DNA of 61,886 nucleotides, the filler included, from Perkinsus olseni (taxonomy: Eukaryota), in NCBI GenBank assembly GCA_013115125.1. It is 2 parts of 2 records of this genome, joined end to end, with 100 filler letters (N's around TTAATTAATTAA, not from the genome) between each part and the next. Parts side by side here need not be neighbours in the genome. Positions count along the whole stretch, not along the records: positions 31,185 to 61,886 come from JABANN010000418.1; 1 more part is not named here. One strand, written 5' to 3'. The translations under genes and the position numbers were made by a program. Positions 49,334 through 60,918 of the stretch are shown here, piece after piece. Within the stretch, counting starts at the first letter, position 1. Every line of letters begins with the position of its first letter. The notes beneath the pieces were generated by a model. The model made no database searches, had not been told where the DNA came from, and saw only the letters and a list, made by a program, of their open reading frames with translations.

Positions 49334-52300
49334 GTGAGGCACTATTCTCTGATTCGCCGAGAATCTGCATCGGGTGGTTCTATTTTCACTTTTAGTCCGG
49401 TCGGCGGCATCGACTGCGGGGAGACCATCATTGGTGCCATACTGAGACCGGATATCCGAGGCGCGGTCTTTTTAAATACGATGGAGAAGATCAGGGCTGG
49501 TGAAGAGGATGAATTCTTGAGGGGTCTCCGAGACGATATGGACGGGGTAGGTTGATGGGGAGTGTGCTGGTCGCGATGGTTGGGGTGTATGATGGAAAAG
49601 TTTTGCCTACATTAGAGCCGGGCAACCGCACTGGGGTCGAGGAAAGTACGGTACAGAGTAGGTTTCAAAATGTCAACCTAGTACGGGTACGGAGAACTAG
49701 TACGTATTAAATATATTAAACAACGATGCTATCAACCGTCTGGATATCCACGTGTATTAAATTACGCCGTACTTCAAGTACGGGAACTCACGCGAACTGC
49801 TGCGACGGGTAGTACGGTTAGTACGGAGCGGTATTCGTACCCGTACCGTACTAGACCGTACTACCCGTACTGTCGCCCACCTCTAGGCCCTGGAGGCAAG
49901 TTAGAGTGTCGAAAATGTCTGTTCTGTGATGGCTAGTTGAGGCCCTGTTTGACTACTCATCAGAAACGCTTCGTCCGTAATAGTGGAATTTTAACGTAAA
50001 ACTGATTGATATAAGATAGACGGCTGGTTACCCTGGCTGGTCTTAGGTTATCAAGGTTATGGTACCGTCTCTTCACTCCTTCGTCTGGCGTATCGTTGAT
50101 GAAGTCAAGCGCGCTAAGAGGGTGCTGGAGGAAGAGAAAGTAGTAGGGGGATTTGAGAGACTCTGTTGTGCTCTCGATGATGCTGGGGAGAGAACGGCGC
50201 GCCTCTGTCTTTCTTCGTAAATAAGATAATCCATCGTTACTAGAAGGCTCCTAGTAGAAGCAGTGATTGTTAAATGGGAATGAAGTGCAGGAATTATGTT
50301 TCGAAGGAAGTAAAGGAATGAGGAGAATAGAGGACATGGTTGAATGTCACGGGCTTCATTTTTTGGGATCATCTACCACGGCCCACGACCAATTTGGCCG
50401 TTAGAGTGAGGGTAGAAGCAATTTCTTCCTTTAATAGAATACGCAGACTGCGCGCTTTCGAATGGTATATGTCTCGCGAGTTCGGTCAACATAGTCGTGG
50501 AGGAATGATTTGAACGACCCCCCCAAGAAAACGTAGAAGTGATAGTATACGCTTTGCTCGCTCCGCAGTTTGGGTTGGCTAAGTCGTTCCAGTTAGTTGG
50601 TTGACCCTTGTCATAAAAACTCTGTTTTACGTTTTCTAACAATCGCTTCCCTAGGTAACAGCGCCGCTAGATGTGATACCCAACAGCAAGATGGGCCGCC
50701 TCGTCAGTCTTCTGTTCTTCAAGGACGACTCGAGAACGGAGAGGATCTCCAACATCTTCCACCAGGTGATGTTGATAATTTCGTGGCGCGCGGTAATTGG
50801 CTCGTTCAGGTTACCGAGGGTGATGGATTGGACAAGGCCGCGTGTCGTGAGCTTATTGATGAGTGGAAAGATATGTTCCTTCCCTTAAAAATTACCGACA
50901 AGTCCGTCGACGAGGAGAGTGGCAGTAACAATAGTGAAATAATTGACGAGACTGAGGACCCGACCAACCCGCTTTGGAAGCGCTATGAGTTGGATCCTAC
51001 AGAGTTCATCCTGTTTGTGTTGGGCAAGGTAAGACGGCAAGGCTGATGGTTGTCAGCCTCGACGAGGATTTGGTTATAGTGTTTACTGACCTCTGTATAC
51101 CGTTGTTGCCATTCATAAGGACTCGTTCTGAATTTGTGTATTGGTTGGAACCATGATCATTGGCAAGCTTTTTACCATTTTTCTATCAGATTCTTGCTCC
51201 AGCTAAACCCATAGAAGCTCCTGGATTGAAGCCACCGAAGTGGCAGGATCCGGTCTCCACGGATCCTTCCATCAAGGTTGAAGGATTGGACAGGTTGCCT
51301 AGTGCCAGCGATCTTTATACGTGAGCTGAGGGGATATCTTTGCTTGCCCTAGGAAAGATACGGAAAAGGTCAGGTGGAGTGCAACTTTTTCCTGCCGGTT
51401 TTTGATCCAGCTCTCAGTCGGAAAACCATCAATCGTGTTCATTTGCATTGATCTGTTTTTATTCTCTCGCGGAGGTTGGTGTTCTTTATTTCAGAGGGGA
51501 CCGCCGAGCTTCGGATGTGGCAACGTATCTTCGCACTGCGCAAGTTGCATGGTTGGTGGATCACGCTGATGAGTTTGGATACTCGGATGAGGAGAAGAGG
51601 AAACTACAGTAAGTAGTGGTCGGGAATTAGTACTTTTTTTCATGGTTAATATCTAGTGAAACCGTTGAGATGGACTATTGGTCATACAGCGTGAACGGGA
51701 GAGGTGCAACAGGACAAGTAAGGCCGCTGTGCCACGTGGCAGGCCGCCTGGTTGGCGTACTTCATCAACCCTACCTCGATTGTTCGACTACTCCAGTGCC
51801 TCGCATGCCATAGGGACCCCAGTCTTTCATGGAGCGTTGCGGCCACTCTTTTGCTTGTTGTATATGTTTCGTTACCGTCGAATGCAATGCCATTATAATA
51901 CGACTAATGACGATATTTCAGTGTGGAAGGAAAGCTCGCAATCTATAATCTTGGTAGGATGATTCGACCGCCGTTCTCGCGCCATTTGGCATAGTGGACC
52001 ACTATTAGTGGTCCTTGGATCTTTGCAGTCCTATCTCTTCCGTCACATCCAGCTCGTTTCATAGTGATCATCTTCCTCTGCTGCCGCTATGATTCATTAT
52101 ACGTTGCCTTACTGTACAGATGCTGTTACCTCAGATACGTCCTTTCCCTCAAGCGCTTTGCCTTTACCATCTTTGAGAATTACGGCGGTCTCGCCTTCGT
52201 GCCACAGTCTAGGGTGGTCGGGCTCTTCTTGGCCGACGTCGTCCGTGTCGAGCAAGAGCTTGCCAAACGCCAAGGGTTCGATTCGATGAAGGCAGCTGCA

Positions 52301-52411
52301 GAGTGGCAGCGGAAGGAGGCCGGTGTACGAGAGAGATCCACTGGTGCCGAGCTAGGTCGGTGATGCGACCTGATGGTGGTATCCTTTGGGCGAGCGCTTT
52401 TCACATCGCAG

Positions 52412-52451
<40 letters not shown>

Positions 52452-55400
52452 CGGATCTTTGGAGATGGTCTCGGCGAAGTCTGATGAGGGTACGAGTTTG
52501 TCGTCGGATACGTACAGCAGCTGCAGTAGCGGCGGAGCGGAGGAGTCGACGGGGGAAGAGCCGCAGTTCACTAAGGGAGGGTTCATACCCCAGGGGTTCT
52601 TGCATAGGATGACACTGCAGATGAAGCCGGATGATCATGAGGTAATCGGAAGGTCGTGGGTTCGATCCCCAGCGGTGTGTATGTTAACGATGCGCCTGCG
52701 TGTACTGCATGGGTCAACCTAAGATGCTATTTCACGGTCGTATTCTTTATCGTCAGGCTCTTCTACGCGGTAGTTTGCGCAGTAGTGCTCAACCCTTCGG
52801 ACTCTCTTCTCGGGGAGTCACCCCGCCGGAACCCACCCTGCCCGACTTCGCCGCCTGCCGGTGGTTGGGCATGCCCTTCACCCTACTCGGTGAGCTTATC
52901 GTCTATACTACCGCCGAAGATATCTTTGCTGTGCGCAGGACCTGGTGACGTGGCTTCGATGTTGGCCTCGTGTCTGGCGGCACCCTGGGCGGGCGCGGTC
53001 GTCCAGAGCAACACTCGGATGCTACTGGAAATGCTACTACAACAGCAGCAACCAAGAGAGTAGGGAAATCGATCTCGGAAGAACTGGCGGTGAGGGTATC
53101 TTTCATCAGGTATGTCATTGCAGTATTATGTGAATCGTCACAGAACGGCTCAGCTCGGGCGTTGACGAACATTCTAATGAGGCTGTTGGAGATTCCGCAG
53201 GACAGGACGGTTCATCGTATTGATGTTGCGGCTCTGCTGGAAGAAAAGTTAGAGTAAGTTGTGCGTGTTTTCTTGTTTGATGCACGAGTCAACCTCGGAT
53301 ACGCCAGGCCATGGAGAGTTTTTTTACGGCGGAATTTTCTTCTTTCTGACACCTCTAGCTTCTTGTCTTGTTAGGTACCCAGTTCCTCGCAGAAGCGATT
53401 ACATGGCTGGTGGAAGGAAGCCTCGGGACAGTTACTATCATGCTTGCAACGTATTGGCGAGTCGGATACTCCGAGAGAACATGGACCAGTATCTTGCGGT
53501 CAAGAACAGACTAACAGTGTGCTACAGGTAAATACGGAGGAAGTATCTTTGGTTGGCCATCGTCGCTCTCATAGTCAATTCAATTTTCGTGTAGTAGTGG
53601 TTGCCTTCGTCAGCTTAGTCGCATAGGGATAGGCTCCCACCATGAAGTTGTGGAATTATTCGAATTTTGTGCTACTGTACAGTGGAAGCTGCGGTACCTT
53701 CGTGTGGGCGTGTTAGTTGTACTGGAAGAGAATGGACCCCTTTAGGATACCCGCCACCGCGCCTTTCACTAAGGAGGTCCGAGAGTTGGAGGACAAGGCC
53801 ATCACTGCAATAGGGCCCACGAAGGACTTGAAGGCTACTAAGGAGGACTTTGGTACTACTGGGTGAGGCTGTGGGATGATACAATCGGTTCGGAGGAGAT
53901 ATTGGTTGCTCGTGTATCTCAACTCTACCTGTGTAGTTCATGGATGGCTAGAAGATTCCTCTTGTGTATTGGTATCTCTGGTTGACTCTGGGTGTTTACG
54001 AATCGGGTCACTTGCTCAGAGAAAGCCTTCGCAGCCTGCAGGGAGGCCATCAAAGCCGACCGTCGTATTGTGGATAGGGACTGGTGCAAGGAGTTTATGT
54101 TGAGGAGCTACGAAGCATTTATGGTGGGTCTGGTCTTAGCGGAGCGAAGCGTTTTTTATTTGTACGTTTTTTAGGTCTTGTCGATTTACGATGAAGTAGT
54201 TCCCGATATTGAGGAATCGAGAGAGTGGTTGATGGTTTTGGCGGGGACAGACACCCTCCCGAAGGATCCGGTGGCCCTAGTGGAGGTTATTGTTAAGTAG
54301 GTCAGGGGAGTATCTTTAGGTTACCCTGGCAAGACTCAGAAGATATGATACTCCCGATTGTGTTCGCCTCTGTGATGGATGATCAGATCAACAATATTGT
54401 TTATATGCGAATCCAAGGTCGACCAAAGAATTTTACATTTAGGTCGATTTATCGGTACGAAGAAGATAGGGAGAGAATCCTTAATGACCCTCTGACCAAG
54501 TTGATGTTGAGGAATCCCAAGGGTGAGCAAGAGTAGCAAGATTCCTATACATACCTCAACCCCTTGTAGGCCATGTTAAGCTAGCATTGGTCTCCGCGAT
54601 GGGCGTCATCTCTGAGGGGGCGGAAGGAACTGAGCTTGCCGAGACCTTTCACCGGATGCATGAGAAAAGGGGCCTGCAGATCGTCAGGTAGGATACTGCT
54701 GGTTCGCGCAGCGCGAAGATTTTTGTATCAATTAGCATATTTTTCCAGTATTCTACCGGTTTAGTCTTAGGGGAGATTTTTCCGGAAAAGGGATTATTTT
54801 CCCATTTATCAGGGCTGACACTGGCACTGGCCGATCGTTGGAGTACAACGCAAGGAGAGTTATCCAAGCCATAAGGAAGATAGATCCCGACACTGAGTGG
54901 GGATGGCTGGGCTATTCGCAGGGCTGTGCCAATGCATTGAGAGCGGAAACTACCGTCCAGACTGGTAGGGTGGAAGACGGTGGCAGGGCTGGTTACCATG
55001 ATGAGAGGGAATGAATAAGTCGGGGCGGGGTCGTGGCTGGTAACGGTTATTGATAGTAACATTAACATTCAGTGATTATCATTATTTAATATAATTGTAT
55101 TGTATTTGTCGTTGTCATGACCGAGGATCGAACCCGGGATCTATCGTAGGTACCCCTGAAGAATACGACCTGATCCACAATAGACTGGTTGGTCGTATGT
55201 TGATATTTAGTGCCTTCAACGGCTCTGTACACGGCAAGCTGGGAGACGATAAAGTCCAGGCTGTTATCATGGACTTGGAGTATTTCATGAAGTTACTACA
55301 GGTGAGATAACCCGCCGTCTCTGAGCATTACTCACCGTCGGAAGATATCCTTGTGAAAATCTTCGCTGTGCGCATCTCTATCCGGCTCCTTGATAGACTC

Positions 55401-56649
55401 TCGCAGATTCTCTGCTACTGAGGGCTGGATGAGGGCCTAGCAGCGGAGCGGCCTTTTGTGTTTCGCGCATCGTTGACCAGTGAAAACTTCCTGAATCGTT
55501 CTTCCTTCCCTCAGGCTCACTTCTCATCCCAGTTCGCTGGTTCGGCTCTGAACCTCTTCACCTCAGCGTTGGCCTCTCGTTTAGTGACGGACTTGTTGGT
55601 TGGTGAGTCCCGGGATGGATTTATCGATCGCATATAAACCTGAAGAGAATTTGACGTGCCAATATGTTGTTTCCTCAGTGATAGAAGAACTCCTGGAGCG
55701 CGCCCGTATTAGTTGGCTTCCGCCAAATCAGTTTTCCGCTAGCCTCTTTTCAAATTGCGTATGAAACTGAAATGAGGCCTGATCGTGCCCATTATACGGC
55801 TTCGTTTCACTACATAATTGTAATTTTTCACTACTTTTTACTAACTATCTTATACTTATTTTTACTACTAATCTACATGGTGTAATGTTATTGTAGTCCA
55901 CAGTAAAAATGAGCCGTACTTGCTGTATCAATTTATCGTATAGTGGGACTACATCAATACCAAAATGGCAATATAATATGTTGCGCTATCTCTCGACCTC
56001 GATCGACCTTTGAGGAAGATCTCCTCAGGAGTCCAATCCCTGACACATGAAGGGGTCTTTACGTTATGGCGGGATGGCCAGTTCAAACAGAGCACACCGA
56101 CAGTGGCGATGAGAGGGGCTGTGGAGGGAAATGTAGTAAAGATGCTCCGCACAGCGAAGATTTTTAGGGAATGGTATCTTGCTGAATTTAGGTGACTTTG
56201 CCAGAAGTATTGGAGCTGCTGAGTAATATGCTCACTAAACAGACACTTAATCATGAGCATCATGATACACAGGTAGCCCGAGGTCCCGGGTTCGATCCCG
56301 GCAACATGCATTCTTTCGCTCTGCAGGTTACCGTACATGAATGCGTATCTCACTCCATACATGTTCGCAACTCACACACGGACGTCTTCGCGCGGTCGGG
56401 CGTCGACGCAGCAGTTCAGCGGACGCACCATTGGAGCCCTCTTCTGAAAGTAAGCTTGGGCGAATTTCGTGGCGCGCGGTCATATCCTTCTGTTATCAGG
56501 AGTCGGCCTTCGTTACCACTCAGCGTGATCGCGAGAGGCACGTGTATGATACGGCAAAAGACAGGCATATCGAGCCTTGGCTGGAGAACATGATACGCTT
56601 CGGACTGGTCCCTTTCGTGAAGGATGAATCAGTTGCCGGTGGGAGCTGA
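49334..56649 (+). CDS. large multi-exon protein with a C-terminal alpha/beta-hydrolase (lipase-like) domain; 5' end uncertain
   Basis: Spliced exons give WGWLGYSQGCANAL (GxSxG), HDTQ/VTVHE and THHWSPL, with a stop at 56649. Intron phases were consistent at the junctions I checked. Confidence 0.7.
49613..49885. mobile_element. degenerate hAT-like MITE
   Basis: Right end CCGTACTGTCGCCCACCTCTA, imperfect left end TAGAGCCGGGCAA, and many GTACGG/CCGTAC subterminal repeats. No clear TSD. Confidence 0.5.
52412..52450. repeat. (GTA)n microsatellite, likely coding poly-Ser
   Basis: Run of gta units directly after an AG acceptor, in frame as SSSS. Confidence 0.85.
52643..52681 (+). pseudogene. tRNA 3'-half fragment (Lys-like) at the 5' end of intron 52642-52723
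   Basis: TAA-TCGGA-AGGTC-GTGGG-TTCGATC-CCCA(G)C-GGTGTGT-A. No 5' half upstream, which is exon. Confidence 0.75.
55113..55146 (-). pseudogene. tRNA 3'-half fragment (Val-like), antisense, at the 3' end of intron 54965-55149
   Basis: Minus strand CGAT-AGATC-CCGGG-TTCGATC-CTCGG-TCATGAC-A with a fully pairing T stem. No 5' half. Confidence 0.78.
56275..56310 (+). pseudogene. tRNA 3'-half fragment at the 5' end of intron 56273-56326
   Basis: A-GCCCG-AGGTC-CCGGG-TTCGATC-CCGGC-AACATGC-A followed by TTCTTT. No 5' half. Confidence 0.72.
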
Positions 56650-57172
56650 TTGTTGGTGATTGGATTGTTTTCACCCCTGTTTAACCAACTGTCGTTGAGT
56701 GCCATCGTGGACTCTCTCATTCACGATTGTGGCGTTGAGTTGTCAAGTGGGGGGGGCTCTCATCAGGGATTGAACATAGGATGAAATCATAGCTAATTCT
56801 AACTGGTAGCATCTACGGCAGTGGGGACGGCACCATCTTTGACTAGCGTGCAAGCCACAGAAGCCGGTGCCCTTTGCATGGAGGGGGCTGATCGTACCAT
56901 GGACGGTTCCGACTGAGATACAGTGTTTTCATGTATGTCCAGATTATGGGAAACTAAACCCGAGTTAGTGTCAATGTAGATATTTCCTTATGAGTGTCTC
57001 AGTAGTGCCATTTACGAGAATCGCCTCACAGACGGTTGTCGTCCTCCGTCGAGGGTCTGCATAGACGGTTCCAGAACTTGTCTGGTGGTCACCTTGTTAG
57101 TCATCGCATTGGCGCGTGGTTGATGATGGTGACATGTCTACCACTGCCGTAGGCGTACTATCTAACTGTCGG

Positions 57173-57216
<44 letters not shown>
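57173..57216. repeat. (GTA)n microsatellite
   Basis: Perfect trinucleotide run. Confidence 0.9.
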
Positions 57217-57218
<2 letters not shown>

Positions 57219-59298
57219 ATGTTGAGAGGCCCCTCTGTGGCTTCGATACAAGCTGGCTCTATGCCGATGATAATGGGTTGCAGGGAATTTGACCGCCGGA
57301 GTGGTCTCAGTTGATGAGATTGTTTACCACCTGATGGTGTCATCTCTGCTGTCTCTAAACCGAGACTTCTGCCAGGATGTCCGACTGGACCCCGGCATTA
57401 CTGTTAGGGTTGGAAGGAGACCTCCTCCACCCGGCCATGGACATGCATATAATGTAAGGGAGAGGAGGTATCTTAGGTTGAAGCTTGCTGGTTGCAGGTG
57501 ACCATTGAATCACCCTATGTTGCACGATTTCAGTTTGAATTATCATCAACTGCATCAACCCTTAACGGTGAGTATCTTAGGTCGACCCAAGGCAATCGCG
57601 AATTATTTCAGAAGTTTGGAGACTAACCAGCCGCAGCTGGGGCGGGACGCTCATCTCTCCAAGATTCTCCTCCATGCAGAAGGTCAACCAAAACGAGTCC
57701 GCAGATATCAGCCCCGGCGACACCATATACATTTCCAGTAGAAATATCTTCAATGATTTTGGAACATGCATCCCTGCTCAGCCTCTCCGCAGATCGGCTT
57801 TGTACTTTACTCGCCGAAGGCTGCTGCCGTGACGAAGCCGCCGAGGGCGAGCGAAGGAGAGGAAGAGCTTCCTGATGAGCATCGTTGCATCATCTGCTTG
57901 GTGAGATGAGTACTTCTCGGAGGATAGTGAGAAATTTCTCAAGATACGATGAAAGATCCTTCCACTGTGAAAGGCTGTCACCACACCTTTTGTGGTGAAT
58001 GTTTGGATGCTTGGCTGGAGAGGAGCGACCGGTGCCCCGTATGCTCATGCCCGGTCACTCGACACTGTAGGTTGTTGCGATGAAGGTGGAGAGTTCCTCG
58101 GTGGTAGTGTTATAATAATTTCAGAGTCGGCTGATCTGCTGAACTGCACTCCTCAATCTATGCCTTTACACGAACTAGTCTCACTTTACTAGCATACCTA
58201 TTGCGTTGTTGTGAGAGTCCATGGGAGAAAAGGAACGCTCGAAGGCAGATGGAACCACTTAAAGTGGTCCACTTTGGTGAGAACGTTCACATCACACTCG
58301 CCACGTTCCGTTGTGGTATAGTATGTTCGAAACTAAGATCGGAACTCTCAGCAGTCACGACGAAGTCCACTTTTCGGTATAAATTCCATAATACTTTAGA
58401 AGAGACCGAATGGCTGCTCCTCTGAAGACTCCCTCTCCGGTGCCTTCTTCAGTAGTGAACCCTGCATTCAAATATCCCCGTGTAGAGCCGTGAATGGTAC
58501 AACTGTGATAGTCGGCCGTCACTCTGCTCGAAGGACGCGTCGTGCAGCACACCGATGAGGAACAATAGTGTTTTCGACCTTCTGTGATGGTGTGGGCACA
58601 CAATCCACTTGTCTGCCAGCGCTAGTAGCGTTTGTTCCTGCTTTATTCATAAAAGATCGGGCTCATCAGTATCACTCATGCCGAGTTCGGGTGATAACAC
58701 CTTCCCAGCTGCTGCTGCTGATTCTTGTAAATCAGAACCGCATCTCTGATTGAGCGTCAATTTGCTCACCCATTTTCGGTCAGAAATATCGCGACCACTA
58801 TTTCAAGCCACTGTTACAAGCCACAGAAACTAGGTACAGGTTGCCGACTTGAGAAGGGCCAACCCCTCACGATTTATTCGTGCGAACAGGTTGAGAGTTG
58901 TAACGCACACCAATCGAAAGCTTTTGTCAAGCTCTACATAACCTCGTTCTCTTCGTCATCTCACTCGCAAGTTTCCCGAAAACGAAAACCCGAAAAATCA
59001 AACCAAACGCCAAAAAATCGCGAAAATTCGTTGGCAGAATCACCGAGGCCATGCTGACGCTGTGACGTGCCTAGGAGAGGGGCTGACGCTGTGAATCAAC
59101 ACATCATCGGAGATCCTGTTGTGAGTTGGTATCAGAATTCCCCCTCCATACCTCATAAGCAAGCCATCACGTTATTGGATGATAGGCATCCCGGAGACTA
59201 CCAACACAGCACACAATACACTCTTGCTAAGAAATAATCAAACTCTGATATTGAGCTAAAGAGAAAGAAGACCAGTTCATCGCGGTAGCGCCTCAATA

Positions 59299-60336
59299 TT
59301 ACTCATCGACGTACGGATGGAACCGCATAAAATGGAAATAACGACGGTGCAAATGATAATATTGGTTGAGGCATCCCAGGGTCCAACGACCGTCTACTAT
59401 GATGTAATCGGGTGGACGCGTTCCGAGGTCAAATTCAGCCAGCTTCCTCAGTTCATTCGCAGAGCGCAGATGACAAGTACCCCCATCACGGGGCCGGGAC
59501 ACATACAAAGGCGGCTTGCTGCCTAGGATAGGGATCAGACGCCCCTCAAATCCCTCAGCCTTCGCCCTCAAACTGCGAGATGCCTCGAACTTGATCAAGC
59601 GGTCAGATCTGACCATTGACAGCTTCACATGATGGCAGATGGAGTTAGTCATGTACAGGACGTCCACTGAAGATGGAGCTGACGAAAATGTGTACAGGCC
59701 ATGATACCTAGTAATGGGTGGTTCTCCGCTGGCAGGGATGGCGAGGGAGTAGGCTAACTTCGCCACCTTACTTTCAGCCCATCGAATGTAGTAGACGTCC
59801 ACGGCGACCGGACTGAGGAAGGTCAGGTAGAGGATGTCTTCGGCAGGACAAAACGAGCAATCTTCGAGGTCCCTCATCGAGAAGGTGTCCAAGTTCATCT
59901 CGAAGAAAACATGCGACTGAGGGAAGGAGTATCCGATAAGTTCATAGTGGAAGCCTCGGCCATGGCCGTAAGAGTAAGAGATGAATAGACGACGATGTTC
60001 AGAATCATAGCACCAAGCTCGGAGGTGGGTCTGACACGTATGGTCCTTCGTCATATAGAGACACTCGCGGGTGTGGCTTCCAACGGCACAAATATCGCCA
60101 TCGACGGCCACGATATGGTACAGTTCGCCATCGTCGATGAAAGCGTACTCGAGGTTAAAAGGGTCCAACTTGGTAGCAACTTCCTCGCTGGGACCATCCA
60201 GCCTCAGTATAGGTGTGCCACAGTAGCCCATAACCTCCCCGACTAACTCCGGTGGCATCACCCTCCCATCACCCCCTCCCTCAACCATCATACAGCGTAG
60301 GGCCCCAACATGTGGTGGTAGTTGGAAGTTGGCCAT
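59299..60336 (-). CDS. hypothetical protein with an N-terminal F-box-like motif, paralog 1 (intronless)
   Basis: MPPELVGEVMGYC followed by a beta-rich domain. Collinear similarity to 60919-61886 (CYDS, DILY, PPLY, AEFDLG, DGRWTLG, RF.PYV). Confidence 0.75.
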   Translation of the reverse strand: MANFQLPPHVGALRCMMVEGGGDGRVMPPELVGEVMGYCGTPILRLDGPSEEVATKLDPFNLEYAFIDDGELYHIVAVDGDICAVGSHTRECLYMTKDHTCQTHLRAWCYDSEHRRLFISYSYGHGRGFHYELIGYSFPQSHVFFEMNLDTFSMRDLEDCSFCPAEDILYLTFLSPVAVDVYYIRWAESKVAKLAYSLAIPASGEPPITRYHGLYTFSSAPSSVDVLYMTNSICHHVKLSMVRSDRLIKFEASRSLRAKAEGFEGRLIPILGSKPPLYVSRPRDGGTCHLRSANELRKLAEFDLGTRPPDYIIVDGRWTLGCLNQYYHLHRRYFHFMRFHPYVDE

Positions 60337-60918
60337 GGTGATACGAGGAAGAGGATACAACACTACTCAGTGTGATGAGTCAGCTCAACAACGGAAGGCG
60401 CACTCGTGAATCGACGAGCCACCACAAGCAGGGCGTCTCCACTTCTGAATCCCATCCGCATTCGAAGAGACCTTTGACCCTCGAGATGGACACATACTTA
60501 CCGTACAAAAGAATGCAAAAACCAGCAGGCCACTACGCCGCGCGGGCAGTGCAGCAGTCGAACATCAAGTGTGATGGTAGTAAACCACTGAGTGCTGTCC
60601 TGTGGTATAGCTACCTCGCTTCTCCACGCTCATTTTGCCCGCTAAAGCGCATTGGTGTTGGGAGATTCTGCTCATTCAAGTGTCGCTCTTTGAACGAAGT
60701 TCTAACAATTCCCCGCCGAGGTTGAGTAGCGCGAAGCGTGTGAGATATAAGAACCCTCCCAGCTTGTGGGCTGCCTTCACACAATGTGTCCCTTCGTAGT
60801 CGAACGATCAACTATGCGCAACACATTGTAATTCAAGTAAAATCAAGCAAAGTTGAACGCTAATTTCTGCGGAATTTGGTAATAAGAAAAATCTTCTGAT
60901 CGCGATGTTCACCGAGAG

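Noticed and set aside
56748-56785. possible fourth tRNA-half (GTTCAATCCC on the minus strand)
   Set aside because: The T stem does not pair convincingly and the exon context is unclear.
56800-57850. possible additional multi-exon gene on the plus strand
   Set aside because: Exon-like pieces exist, but no consistent model or motif could be supported.
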